A stretch of DNA of 64,000 bases from Amoebophrya sp. A120 (GCA_905178155.1 CAJINV010000009.1:3554275-3618274); one strand, 5' to 3'. Positions 12,625 through 26,193 are shown, numbered from the stretch's first letter. Notes: a model not told the origin generated them from the sequence alone. Made by a program: numbers and translations.

Positions 12625-15600
12625 ATGATGGTGCCGTCGCTTCTCTTCGCCAGCTTGGGCGCAGTAGCGCCGTGGTTTTTCTTCTTCACAAATCTCGTGA
12701 TTATCGGAGTAGATGCTGTCACCGTACAACAGCAACGAGCTTCGGTTGCAGCGGGAACAGGTGCGGGCAGAAGTACGTCTGCAGCTCTGTTGGAGAAGCG
12801 CCGTCGTGGAGCTCGTAGGGGAACGAGTCGAACGACGAAGTTCTCTATGCGGGGAAAATACAATCGCAGAAAGACCACTAGAACGAACTTCATTTCCCAG
12901 AAGGAGGCCCTGCTGCAAGTCCCGCACCACCTGCGACAGGAATTTGCTTTACTGCAGGAACAAGACCAGCATAGCCATGCAGGGACCAACATCAAGACCT
13001 CCCACAAGAGTAGAAAAGCAGCCTCTACTTCTTCTGCTGCGACGGCAGAAATAAGAAACGCGAACAAAATTCTCGAACTGAATAAGCTTTACTCCAAGCA
13101 CTTCGCTCAGCTCGACGAAACCATTCTTTCCTGCAACGAGAAAAAGCTCAACCTCCAATCGAAGTTGAAGGAGGAGAGTGAAAAATTGAAACAAAAACAG
13201 CAGCAATCAACCCAGCAATTGAGAAACAAAGACCTCCTCTACAAGACCGTCCAAGAGTTACAAGATAATATGCGGATTTCCGTGAACGAGATCGAGAAGC
13301 AAAAGCAGCTGTGTGAGAAGCAAGCGAGTAGCAGAAATGGAGAAATATTGGCTTTATCCCAGGACGAGCAGTTGGTCGGGAAGTTTCAACCTGACTACAG
13401 TACTTGCGACAAAACAGTCTCTTCACCGCCGAAACTTTTGGAGTGCACGTTACCCGACGGGTCACTGTTCTTCACTTTCGCGAATGGGACGCTGCATAAT
13501 AGCATGCATTGCAAATATGTCTGGGTCTGGAAGGATGTAACTTGTGATGCTGCATTTGCATGCTACAAAAATCTGTGTTGCATGAATAGCAAAAGAGGTC
13601 CAGTTTTTGCCATGGCGAGAGGGCATTTCTCATGCGGTATAGGCATCAGGAAGCCCTCGCAAAACTAGTGATGCTAGGTCATGCATCACAGACGTCAGGA
13701 ATCATGCAAAATGTGCATGACAAACCTTGCAGCCTTCCAGAGTCAGACATTTTTGCATTTGATAAATAATTTTGTCAGGAAATTCGCATCTAAAACCAGC
13801 AAAGAGCTGCTCTCCTTGAACTTGATGCGGATTCTGTACAGCAGCGAGGGGGCGATGCCGGGGGACTCGGCGCTGTTGCAGATTTCAACATCTGGGCAAA
13901 ATGGAAAGAACTTGATGTTCACGACAAGAGGTGGTCACGATCAACAACATTCTAGTAAGAAGATAAAACCGCACTTCCTCCTCCAAAACACGACGAATTA
14001 CAACGTGTCGGAGATTTTAACAGCAGAGGAGATCAACGACGGCGTGAAGTGTGCGAAGCATGCGAAACAGTTGAAAGGTCAAGACTGCGGGTTATACCAG
14101 GATTTGATCGCCACTTTCGAAGATTCCGTCCGCGACAGTAAGATCACTGCGAAGCAAGAATTGGTGAAAGAAACCGAGAAATATCCACGAAAAAACACCC
14201 ATCCCCATCCAATTTGTTATGCAAAACAAGCATAATTATGATTTGCAGTGTTTCTCATGCAAAAAATGGATGGGGATGGGTTCTTTTCCTGGATAAGAAA
14301 TGCGACAAAGCCACCAAGGATTTCGAAGTTTTGTCCTCTGGAAACAAGGCGAAATTACTGCAGCTGCAAGCGGAATTGCAGGAATCCGTACAGTATTTGC
14401 AGCAGTACGTCTTCGAGGCGGGGAAGCAGAAAACCACGTTTGAGGCAGTGTCAAAAGACATTGCGGCGGAGGTTTTGAGCTGCGAAAATTCCATCAACGC
14501 GGAAAAACAGTCGCTGGAGGGGCTGAAGATGTTGTACAAAACAGCTACCAACTCTGCCGGTGGTGCTGGGTCTTCTAGTACGACCTCAACATCAGGGTCA
14601 ACCTCAACAGCAGCCGCAAACAACAGCACTCCTGTGCAGTTCATGGGAAACTGCGAAGTTTCTCCGTTCGTCGCGGACACCCCCTGCGTTTGCACCGTCG
14701 GGAAGGACGGGGTGGTGAAGGGAAAGCAGACGCTTAGTCGCGAAATTGTGAACGTGGATTTTTCTGTGGCGGGTAACAAGAATTTCAACAAGGCCAGTTC
14801 CTGTCCGCCGCTGAAGTTAGTCGACCGGAGTTGCGATTGCAGCAGCGGGAGTTCAAGTTCTTCAGCAGGACAAGCACCGTCCTCCTCATCTTCCTGCCGC
14901 CCCTCCAAGTGGTCGGAATGGTCAGAGTGCACGCAGCAGTGCGGCACAGGCTTGCAATCGCGAACCCGGACGTTGCCGACAGGTTCGTCCTGTACTAGCG
15001 GTGGATCCGCTTTCCTACAGGACCTGAACACGGTGGAGGAGCAGGAGTGCAACACCCATCCGTGCGACTTGAACTGCGAATTGAGCGAGTGGACCGCCTG
15101 GTCCGGATGCACCAAGCAGTGTCGCACCGGGCACCAAGTGCGCAGACGGGAACACGTTTTGCAGCAGGCCCTCGGTGACAACGGGAAGTGCTGGAAGAAA
15201 AACTCGAAACAACGGCTGGAACTGCAGGTCTGCAACACCAACGCAGATTGCGTTGGCGCTTCTGGGGTGAAGCAGGCCGTGCCGAGTTGTAGTGAAAACA
15301 AACTTTCTGCGTCGAATTTGCTGTTTTTGGTCGACGGATCCGGGTCAATGCAAGTGCAGCAGAAGTCCACTGGTGGTGGATCAGCAGGAGCTACAACATC
15401 CCAAACGACCATCCTTCAAGACGTGCAAACGTTTCTTCTCTCCTTCGCGAAACGCATGAACTTTTTTCCGACCAGTGGTGTCACGAAGAACAAAATCGGG
15501 CTGATCACCTTCGCGGACAGAGCAGAGAAGATCAGCTTGGCGCAGGTAAATGAGCAGCAGGTAGTGCAGGAAGCGGATTTGAAGAGCGCAATCGTGGAGA

Positions 15601-16019
15601 AATTGCCGAAAAGTTTACTGAACGCCGGACACAGCACCAATTTAGCCGCGGCATTGTCTCTGGCGACGAATGAGCTAAGCTGTGGTGCCAGTACAACTTC
15701 TTCGTCATCCTCCTCTGTCGGTGAGTTTTGCCAAAACCGAGAATCGTCAACCTCCACCACTGCTATTCCGACGGTGTTTATCATCACAGACGGTATGCCG
15801 AGGTCCAAGTACTTAGCGACCATGGAGATGCAGAAGCTGGGGAAAATCGCGCGGGTGTTTTTTCTCACGATTGGGAATTCGCTGAATAAAAAGGTTCTGA
15901 AGAATTTTGCGACCTTTCCAAGTTCGGAAAATTTCTACCACGTATTGGAGAGCGCGAAATTGAAAGAGGTGGAAACCGTCACGGATATCATGGCGAATTT
16001 CTGTACGAAGTTTGCATAA
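12625..16019 (+). CDS. Secreted coiled-coil / thrombospondin type-1 repeats / C-terminal von Willebrand A domain protein
   Basis: Hydrophobic N-terminus; TSP1 motifs WSEWSECTQQCGTG..RTR and WTAWSGCTKQC; vWA MIDAS LFLVDGSGSM..TNLAAAL..IITDG. Introners 13503-13764 and 14182-14295. Confidence 0.85.
13503..13764. mobile_element. Introner family A
   Basis: TSD AATAG/AATAA; left terminus CA instead of TA. Confidence 0.85.
14182..14295. mobile_element. Introner family G
   Basis: TSD AGAAA; join TEKCDK. Confidence 0.9.
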
Positions 16020-16752
16020 ACGGTTGTAAGCAGTTCATCGAAGAGCCACTGCTTGGTTTTATTGTTGTTTTCCACTCATAGCTTCCACCAGTCTAGAGGA
16101 ACGAATTTTCTTTTCCACAAATAGCCACGAATTGGATTTGCAGCAACACTTAGTTACAGCACATTGGGCGCCACGCTGCCTTGAAGAAGCAGGTGCTGTG
16201 TCGTACATGCAGCTCACTAAGTGCAACGGTTTTGGTGCACCTGTTCTGTTAGGTAATTTTCGTCGTGGGACCACGAGATTTTCCTGTCGTACGAAAGAGA
16301 GACTCGGAGAACTAATCTCGGTGACAATGGTGCTGCACTGGGACGAAATCGAAACCACACTCAGCCACACGGTAAAATCGCAGACGCATTTTACTCTTCG
16401 AGAGAACAAGTCGTGCCATGCACACGCACCGATCGAATTAGTGATGAAGGTGTTTTGAGAAGAGCTAAGCCCGCCCAAAAAGCTTAGAGTCGTTCGTTCG
16501 CGTTTGTGAATATTTGGTCGAACATTTTATTCCCCGGCGACGCCGCGCCAAGACAGAGGCCCTTGCCTATACTATGGTATGACTTTTTTGATGACATGGA
16601 CCCAAACGGTAGAAAGAATAAAAACAAGACCGAGCAGCGGTGGAGTACGTGCTAACCCTAACGTCTACTTGTCGCAGCGCGACAATCTAAGGTTCTTTGA
16701 CTTACAGTACGTCGCACACAGAAGAACATAACAAGAAATCTAGACGAACAAG

Positions 16753-17503
16753 ATGTTCTGCTGCGTCCGCTACGGGCTCGAGGAGGACAGCAAAACCTTC
16801 TTCAACCTAAATTGCGGCACCGCGGTTTTGCAAGACTTTATCGAGTCCAAAGCTCTGAAGCAGATCAAGCTCGACATCACGAAGCAGAAGGAGATTCACC
16901 GAAAGCAAATCTCCACCCTGGCACGGCAGCTGAACGCACACAGCAAGCATCTCTCTATCCTGCAAAAGAGAAATCCCAACGCAACAGGAGCAACCGTCGC
17001 GGGTGGAGGCGCTCCGGGGGACGAGGAGACAGGCGCTGGGGACAAAAAAGAAGAGGAGCAGGAAGAAGAGGAAGTGGATGAATACGCAGCACAGGATGCA
17101 AAAATCGAGGTTCTGCCGAAGGATAACATGGAGACAGTGACCAGTTGGATCGAGGGGACGGAAGGGGAAATTAGGGACAGGTATCATCGTAGTTCTTCAT
17201 GACGACAATCTAATGGATGCACATGTTCATGACAAGGTCTAGGTGGAAGTAGGCCGGATCTTTTCCTCTCAGTCAGAGTGTCATGCTCGCACCACTTTCA
17301 CTACGGTAGGAAAAAAGAAAAACCTAAACTACCTTCCACATCTACTGTCCATCATACATCAACATTACAGGGAAGCCGCACTGGTAGCATTAGACGAGGC
17401 AGAAATCGCGTTCCAAGATGTCGAAAAAGTGGACCTCGTCGATTCAGCCACGCAAGAAAAAGTCTCCTTCCGCGAACTGTTCCCGGTGCATTTACGCTCT
17501 TGA
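16753..17503 (+). CDS. Small protein, N-terminus resembling CXorf65/C22orf15-type family
   Basis: MFCCVRYG..FFNLNCGTAVLQDFI. GT-AG intron 17181-17370 joins in frame to ..VDLVDS..; the 3' end is uncertain. Confidence 0.45.
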
Positions 17504-19535
17504 GAGGGTAGTTCTATCGGTTGTATGACTTCTGTCTGGAATCGCGGTCCTATGCAGTTAGAGTCACTTCTTGTTTTCCTCATTGTGATGATGTCCCAGC
17601 AAGAACCAACATCAAGCTTGAGCTTCATCGCTGTTTGTCGACAGCACACCGACGCAAGAACCCAAGACAGTTTTTCTTCTGATAGAAGATTTTTTTTCCT
17701 TCGCATACCCGTTGCCCGCAACCGCTTGCCTGCCACTGAGAAGCACGACGGATCTGATAGGTACTGAACATAATTCACGCAAGTAGATCTAATTGCACTT
17801 CAGCGTTTGCGTTCTCAGGTTATTGCAATTTCTTTGACCTTCTTTCATCATCTTTATCTGTGCAGCCGGGGGAACAAGTAGGACAAATTGTCATGCAAAA
17901 GTGGAACATACACGCACTCGCACAGGTCTGCGTGGCGAGGGCGTGGATCCGCTCCCGCTGACGTTCGCGGTGCCAAAAGTCGTGCGGTCGGCCGAGGTCG
18001 AACAAATGCTGCTGGAGGGGGTGTTGGCGGGGAGAAGGTGAGCTGCAGATGAGATGAGACTGCAGATGGATGACACTGCTGCAGCTGGAGGATCATCCTC
18101 ATCCTGGGAACAATTCCTTATTTGCACTGTGGTACTGCTTCGTCTCTGTTGTGCATTCGAAGACCGAAGATGAAGTAGTAAGAAACAAAACTGAAATGAA
18201 TCCACAACTACTAAAGAAGATCAGGAAAAACTACAGGAAGCTGCGCTTATGTTTTGAATGAATTGGCTAGACTATTGCTTTCCTTGTCTACTTGTGTCCT
18301 CGCAACACTGAAAAATAATGTTGGACGATACGCACCATAGCCCTGATAGTGCTTCTTGTGCTGCCTGCCTCTAGTACCGGCGGGTAGAAATAGAGCGTTG
18401 CAAAAAGTTCCTGCGTACTGTTCTGCACAACAAGTCTGTCACTGAGCTTCTGCGGAACGTGTGCTGGGGGTTGTTGTGTCGAAATACCTACTACATTAGC
18501 CACAGTGGATTTCGTGCTAGAGCTAGTTGTTGGAAAAATTGTTTAAAAAAGAAGAGTGGTTGGTAGTTCTCGGGCGAGGACGAGATTGCAAAGAAGCAAA
18601 TCGGAGTAGATGACAGAACCTCAGGAGTAGATCTCTAATATCATTATCACACGCAAGCTGATGTCAAGCCTACTGTCTGCGGTGCATAAATTCTGGTACG
18701 ACTGGAGGTGGTCGTGAAGACCTGCTGCAGGAGCAGGAGTTCTGCAGCAGGAACAATGTAAAAAGTCTTTTTGGGTGAAGAAAGATTCTACGTAGAAACA
18801 TGAAAGTGATTCCCTGCAGCTCGTAGTCGTAGTTGGGACCGTCCGTCTCTGAACTATTACGGTAGACTGTGTCCGTTCGTAGCGGGAACTAGTATTTACA
18901 CTTCGTCTGCGTAGTTTGTTCGCAAGAACAATAGAGCAACCACGAGAATACAAAATATACACGTCGAACGCCAAACATGAGGGAATGCACTGCTGGAGCC
19001 GGTTTCTCGCCCAGATTTTACCTTCAGCCACCAGCCCCACCGCCCTGGCTGTTCGTGACCGGTGGACGATTGCAGGCCGGTGGCTGTGTGTCATCTCTGT
19101 CTGAGCTTGATGCTCTCTCAGCATGATCGAAGACGAACATGGCAGGAGAGGACCACGACAACGACCAGCCACTATCTGACCGAGGTATGTGAAGACGACT
19201 TGGGCAACGAACAAGTGAATACGACGAAAGCTGGTGCGCAGGGGATCGATACTAGGAAAGGGTCCTTCTTCTACTTATCACATCTTCAAACTGCTGCAGT
19301 AGAACGCTAGCCTCATCGTGTCCCCGGGGATTTGCTTTTGCAGCTTGGACGCCTTCTGACGTAGAAGTTCTTGTTTCTGGGTAAGAACAAGTTTACGTAG
19401 TCACGAAGACAAGAACCGCTGTCATCACTACGTAGCTGCGCTGATCAAAAAGAAAGATCTGAACTACTACACGATGAAGTAAATGCGGACTCCACTTCCC
19501 ACCTCGCCTCGACCACACAGAGACTGAAAAACATC

Positions 19536-22500
19536 ATGTCCAGTCCGTCAAATAACCTCCAGCAGCCTACTCCGGCGACGTCGTCCGGAGCTCCAGGAGC
19601 GCCATCAGGTGGACCTCCTCCCACCGGCGCGCTGAACCAATGGGCCCAGATTCCCGCCTCCGGGCAGGTCTATTCCGCGAGAACCGGCCACGTGGTGATC
19701 AGTTTTCAGGACCCCAACCGAACGGACGAGGTCAAGTTCTACGTCTTTGGGGGCACGGACGGCTCCGCGAGGCAAGCAGATGTGCACGAGTTTAACACCA
19801 GAACGAACGATATCGATTGCAAATATTTCTGGGCCTGGAAGGATGCGAACTTGTGACGCGCATTTCATAACACACGCAAACCTCTCATGCACAGGCAGCA
19901 AAAGATGCCCACTTCCTGTCACCAAAATGGGGCATTTGTTATGCGGATGACGCATTGCAAAACCTTAACCTTCACGAAACCTGTGATGCTAGGGCGTTCA
20001 TGCCAGACCTTCTGTGTCATGCGAACCAGCATGACACCTTTCCTTCCAGGCCCAGACATATTGATTTGCATTTGATAAACGAGTGGCACGCGGTCCGCGC
20101 CCACGGCACCCCGCCGGCGGCGCGGTCGGGCGCGCAGGCGGTGTTGTTCGAGGGCAAAGTGTGGGTGTTCGGCGGGTACACGAGAAAGGACGGGGATTAC
20201 TTCAACGATGTGTACGTCTTCCATTTACCCCGGGAAGGCCAGCACGCGAAGTGGGAGTGCATGACTACGCAAATCGCGGGCGAGGCGCCGTCGAAGCGCA
20301 CGGACCATACGACGGTGTTGTTCGGGAGGAGCATGTGGGTGTTCGGTGGCTTTGACGGAAGAGTATGAATTGCAAAAGTATCGTACTCGTATAAATGCAT
20401 GAAAAAAATAAATGCATTACAAATTTTCTCAGCATGAGGCATAAAATTTGTAATGCTGATTTATCTTAAGAAGAAGATTTGTATTGCGTGATTGCAATAA
20501 ACGAGTACCATACTTTTGCACAGGATAAAGAACAAGGTTTAACGATCTGCGGGAATTGCGGCTGGGCGTGTTTTATCAACTGCAAAAATGTCTGGGTCTG
20601 AAGATTGCCAGGTTTGTCATGCATATTTTGAATGACCCATGATGTCTGTGATGCATGCCCTAGCATCGCAGATCTTTAGAGGACTTTGCGATGCCTCTAT
20701 CGCATGAGAAATGACCGCTCCGCGTAGCACAAACTGGAGTCCTCTTCCTGGTCATGCATGACAAATTTTTTTAGAATCCAGAGACAGCATTACAAGTTTA
20801 GAATCTTCCAGACCCAGACACATTTGCATTTGATATGTTTCCGAGTGGGGGTGTCACGGAATCCAGCTCCGTCCCGCAATCCCGGCATCAGTCCGCCTGG
20901 ATACAGATCTCCACCCGGACGCAGCGACCCAGGCCGCGGTTCGGCCATTCCGCGGTCACGTACGAGAACTCCATGTACATCTTTGGTGGTTGGGACGGCC
21001 ACCAAACGCTGCAGGAATTGCAGGAATACAACTTCAACACGAATGCCTGGCAAGCCGTCGGCACGGGCGGGGCGGGCGGCGGCGCCAGCGTCAATCCGGC
21101 GAATTTGGAGCAGGGTGTATGCATTGCAAAAATTCATCACTTGTCGCACTCATAGAAGAAAATTTTTGCAGTGACGCATGGCAAATCCGATTGCTTTGTT
21201 CTAAACATGAATCAGCATATAAAACAATCTTCATTTTTGCTTTTGAAGAAACTTGTCATGCGAGTAGTACACGATAACGTCGATTATACTTTTGCAATGC
21301 ATAAACTGGTAACCCGAACAATGTCCGGAATTCCGCAAGCACGAACGGGCAGCAGAACAACAGCGCCGGTCTATTACAATAAAAAATACCCCCACACCAG
21401 AATTTGCAAAAGTTTCTCATGCAAAGTTTCCAAATAAAAGATTTTTGTCTTGCATGACAGGACTACGAGCCTTTCTGATGCAGAATTTACATTCAGGTGC
21501 GCAAGGCATCTTTTGCATAACAGAACCGGCTACTGTTGGGCCCCTTTGCAAGACAAATTTTTGCTATTCACGATTGGAAGTCTGTGATGCTCATCGATGC
21601 ATGAGGGCGAATGTTTCATTTGGAAAGGTTTGCAATACAAATGCTATCAAGTTCGGGGGTGGGGGAATTTTTCATTGCAATACGGTCCGAGCGCCCGCTA
21701 CCGACACAGCGCGATCGTCTTAGCGAATAGCATATCCACAGTAAATTTCCTGTACACGTACAAATGCGGTCTCTGCATGGCAAACCTAGGCTTCGATCCT
21801 AGTTTAGCATGACAAGTTTCACACTCCAAATTGGGGAAATTTGTGATGCATCTTGTACATGTGCGGGAAATTTGTGTTGCATATAGCATGTACGTGTTTG
21901 GCGGGGTGGATAAAGACCAAAAGCGCTTCAACGACTTGTACCAATTCGATTTCTTCCAGCGCCGGTGGTCCTACGTAGACGTCATTGGCGCGGTGCCCCG
22001 GAATCCATCGGAACCCGAATTGGTTGGCGGGAATGTGCCGACGGCGAGAACCTTTCACCGGGCTGCGGTCAACGAAATTAGCGGCAAGATGTACATCCTG
22101 GGCGGGTTTGACGGCCGGAGACAGAACGACTTGCACGTCATCCAAGTGGTTCCCCACGTGTCGCAGCGCACGCCGTCGGTGGTGGGCCGCGCGCGTGGGG
22201 TCGTAGCAGGAACGGGATCTTCTTCCTCCTCGAGTGCACCACCGCCTCCACCGGCGAACCAGCAGTCGGGCATATTCAGCGGAATCACGAACAATTTAGG
22301 GTTTTTCAACCCAGGCTCACGGACGAACAGCACGGGAAGCAACGCTGCCGGTGGAGGACCGCAGCCTCTCGTGTCGGGGTCCAGCGGGGACTTGCAAGGC
22401 ATGGCATCGGTGGATACGACAGTGGACGGGGGAATAGTGGGCGATGGAAGCGAGGTATAGTGTGTAGCTAGTGCTTCTATTTTTTTTGGTTGTCGTTTCC

Positions 22501-24554
22501 GTTTGTGATGCAAAACACGAAACCCAAGCCCAACAAACATTTACATTATCCTCTACTCCTCCCACAGGCCGCGACCGCTCTGATGCCTGAGGATTTCTGG
22601 AAGTGGCAGGCGATAGAACAGCACGGCAAGATATATACGCCCCGGACAGGGCACGCGGTGGTGGTGTATGGGAACAAATTTTACCTCATGGGCGGGACGG
22701 ACGAGAGCGTATCAAATGCAAAAATGTCTGGGTCTGGAAGAATGCATGTTTGTCATGCTTGTCTGGCATGACTCTTAAATCTGTCATGCACGTTACCCAA
22801 GAGCCCCATTTTTCTGCGATGCAGAAACGCAGTTTGTCATGCAGAATAGGCAACACCTAGAAGCTCAGAAACTTGTCATGCTGAGCCAGCACTTGTGGCC
22901 CGATCATGAGACGCCACCCAGCATCACAAGTTTCCAGACCCAGACATTTTTGCATTTGATAGAGCGCGCGGCAGAACGACATCTACTGCTTCGATTGCGA
23001 AACGAACAACTGGACTATGCTGCAGAATATCAAAGGTATACACGGCGATGTTGACTCACCAGCAGTTTGTGATGCTGATGCGCGGTCTCCTGAGTCGAAG
23101 TACTTTTGATTGTATTGCATGTCAATCAACATGTAATCGTAATTATGTTGCATGAGTGAGACTGTTGTTTCCGCATGCCACCTCACAACTGAACAACAGG
23201 CAACCCGCCCTCCGCCCGGTCCGGCTCCAAAGCCATCGTTTATTCCGACTCAATCTACTTCTTCGGGGGCTACACGAAGAAGGACGGGGAATACTTTCAG
23301 GACCTTTACTCCTTCAACCTGAGAAGTAGCTTCTGGCAAAAAATCAAAGCGGAGAACGAAGAGCTCCGACCCCATCCGAGGACCGATCACACCTGTTGCA
23401 ACTACGGACCGAACATCTTTGTCTTCGGTGGGTTCGATGGCCGCAGCAGATTTGACGATCTGCGCAGGTTTTCTATCGACTACAACCGGTGGGAACACAT
23501 CCCGCAGCAGCAGGCAACACCGATGGCAAGGTACTTATAATTTTGAATCGTGTACTCTGCTTTTGATCATCGGAACGAAGGTTTCTTGCATTCCATGACT
23601 TGATGTATGAGAAGCAGTGTAGCGTTTCGCAGGCCGTACTAAACTTCTACTTTCCACAAACTCAGGTTCGGTCATTCTGCCTGCATGTATGGCAGCTCCA
23701 TGTACGTTTTTGGCGGTTGGAACGGGCACGATACCCTCGACGACCTCTCCGAGTTTTCCACCACCACCGGCACCTGGTACCACATCCCCGGACGGGGCAA
23801 CGTACCCACAAGTCGCTACCGCCACTCCGCCATCGTGTACGGCTGCTGCATGTTTCTGTTCGGCGGGGTGGACAAGCAGCAGAACCGTTACAACGACCTC
23901 TACGAGTTCAACTTCGACTCGAGGAATTGGTCAAGGATTAACACCAGCGGCGAAATCGCGAGACCGACCCCGCGAACGTTTCACAAGGCGTGCATTTACG
24001 GCGGGAGGATGTACATCTTAGGTGGCTTCGACGGACAAAGACGGAACGACATGTACCGGATAGCGATCATCGAGGAGCGGACCGAAGAAGAGAAGAAGCA
24101 ACAACGGGGGCTAGCCCAGCAAATGCGCCGCTTGCGGGAAGACGGGCAGCAAGGGACGTCCGGAGAGCCGAATTTATTTGCTGGGGAGGAGGATGACGAT
24201 GAGGATATGGGGACAAGTTTAAATGGAGGAACTTCCGCGAACGCAAGTTTTCTGGAATCCACCCCCGGCGGCGTAGCCACCTCGGCAGCGAGCAGTGCCG
24301 GACTTGCGTCTCCGACGCACGCCATGCGGTCGGAGCTAGTGAGCTGTAAAAAGCAGATCTTGGAATTGCAGAAGAGATTGGAGCGCGAGGAGGAACGGCA
24401 CATCTGCAAGATCTGCTACGAGCGGGAGATAAACTCGGTGATCCTGGATTGCAACCACTGCACGGCGTGTACAAGATGTGTGGCCCAGCTGGATTCCTGT
24501 CCGATTTGCCGCACCGTGATGCGGAAGGGGTGGAACGAAATTTTTTTTCAGTAA
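19536..24554 (+). CDS. Kelch-repeat protein with C-terminal RING finger (putative E3 ligase)
   Basis: Many kelch blades (RTGH..YVFGG, RFGHSA..YIFGGWDG, RYRHSA..FGG); RING CKICYEREINSVILDCNHCTACTRC..CPICR. Seven introners plus three GT-AG introns (22455-22567, 23036-23199, 23531-23665). Confidence 0.9.
19811..20077. mobile_element. Introner family A
   Basis: TSD AACGA; join RTNEWH. Confidence 0.9.
20364..20527. mobile_element. Introner family B
   Basis: TSD AAGAG/AAGAA; join FDGRxRFNDL. Confidence 0.88.
20574..20835. mobile_element. Introner family A (reverse orientation relative to the 3176 copy)
   Basis: TSD TGTTT. Confidence 0.9.
21118..21303. mobile_element. Decayed introner, B-like
   Basis: TIR TATGCATTGCAAAA; flanks GGGTG/AACTG diverged; removing element plus 5 nt restores frame. 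Confidence 0.7.
21372..21682. mobile_element. Introner family D (TIR with AAAAATTCCCCCACCCC)
   Basis: TSD CGGTC; join AGPSARYRHS. Confidence 0.88.
21733..21883. mobile_element. Introner family I (TATCCACAGTAAATT..)
   Basis: TSD TAGCA; join NSMYVFGG; sister copy at 28790. Confidence 0.88.
22710..22961. mobile_element. Introner family A
   Basis: TSD GAGCG; highly similar to 30331-30582. Confidence 0.9.
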
Positions 24555-24772
24555 AAAGAAAAACGGGGAGGATTAGGATACTAGGAAGGTGGGCGCGGAG
24601 GTCGCACTTGGTCCTCGGCGTAGAGGGTGGAACATTTGGTGTCATGTTCAACCAATTATACTTTTTTTCAACACGTTCACGTTTACAAATACAAACACAA
24701 AGCTTAGGCTTGCAATGCAGGCTGACGCAGCCGAACGAGCGGACGCTCCCCGGCAACCTGCTGGCTACAGCT

Positions 24773-24974
24773 TATCAAAGAAAAAAAGTTCGTCACGATC
24801 ACTCATGCGCATTTTTGCAATACAAAATTGTTTGCCATGCGTGAAAATGCATCACAAACTTCATAAGGGATTTCCCTAGTGTTTCTGCAATACAAGGAAA
24901 GTTTGTGGCGCTGGGAAAATTTGTAATGCAAAGCCTGCAAGTTAGTGACTGTGACAAACTTTTTTCTCTCCATG
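24773..24974. mobile_element. Introner family E copy outside coding sequence
   Basis: TSD CAGCT; right terminus TG; sister copy at 44688. Confidence 0.85.
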
Positions 24975-26193
24975 CAGCTTCTAGAAGTTTCAATACCAAT
25001 CAATTCACAATGACAGCGACAACTGTCTATTAACACAAAGTCCATTTACCGAGAAAATCGAGAAGAAAGTCGAAAATCAAATTGTCAATTGTCAAACGAG
25101 GAAAGCACCACGTCGAGCTGGGATCTGATTCTGATGGAATAAATCACCACGGCGCCTCCAGGTGGTCATGATCCGCAGAGCAGAAGATTCGGTCACGATA
25201 AGTTGTTATCGTGTACCATAGCAGGTATTACCAGGACCAGCAGCGCTGCATATTCGTTGAGAATAAAGCTGAATTTGTCATGAATAAATCGGAATGATGC
25301 ATCATGCTTATCATGAGCCTGTAGCAGTAGCTGAAATTTGAATGTGCTGTAAACTCCAAAATGCACCTATTTTTTTTGTATGAAGATGGACCACGACGCA
25401 AATGAACACAAAAGAAAAAAAAGCGCACGAAAATAACGCGGAACGTCAAACCAAAGCCAAGTCACAGCTCAATGCGATTTGGTCAGCAGAGACTGACGAG
25501 GATGCACTTTCAAGACTTCTCCCACTGTGTGTACCGCTCTACTACTACTGTGTCTTCAAAAACAAAGAGTCTGTGGCTGTCAGGACTTGAGGCTGAGTAT
25601 GGTTTTACAAAAGTCGGTCTTCTTGTGAGCAGCTTTGTAAAAGTACCGGAAAGAACACGTCAAGTCTGTTTGCGAATGAATTCCTCGTCGGAGTAAAACA
25701 AAGAACAACGGTTACTGACGCTCAACACACAAATCTTTCGGTACTGACAAACAACGAAAGCGCAAAACGCTTCTGTCTAGTGTGCTGCTGTTGTATCTGT
25801 GGTGTGGTGAAGTTGCTTTTTTAACGCTACTCGTAGACGCCCGTTATGAACTGGACAGTATATCAAACACACACTTCGCTTGCAGGACCATATTATTCAA
25901 GAGAGTAGTACTTCTAGATCCAGACCACCAGCACCACACTATCAAGTATATTTGAGTTGTGTGCAGTAGATGTTAATTTTGATTGATGTGACTTGGCTGT
26001 CCATCGGAGCCGCAGCCGCTAGAGTTACGAAGCGGCTTTCTCATCTGGCGCAACTGCCGTAGAGTAACGGGTAACACTAACATGGTTCTTCATCCCCGTC
26101 ATCACTTTTCTTGTCCCGGCGACACGACCCACCACCACGGCCTGCAAGGCGGTCTGAAATGAAGTAGAAAACGACTCCCAGCACATCACTAAA

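Noticed and set aside
14255-15412. 385-aa minus-strand ORF
   Set aside because: Antisense shadow of the TSP1-vWA exon.
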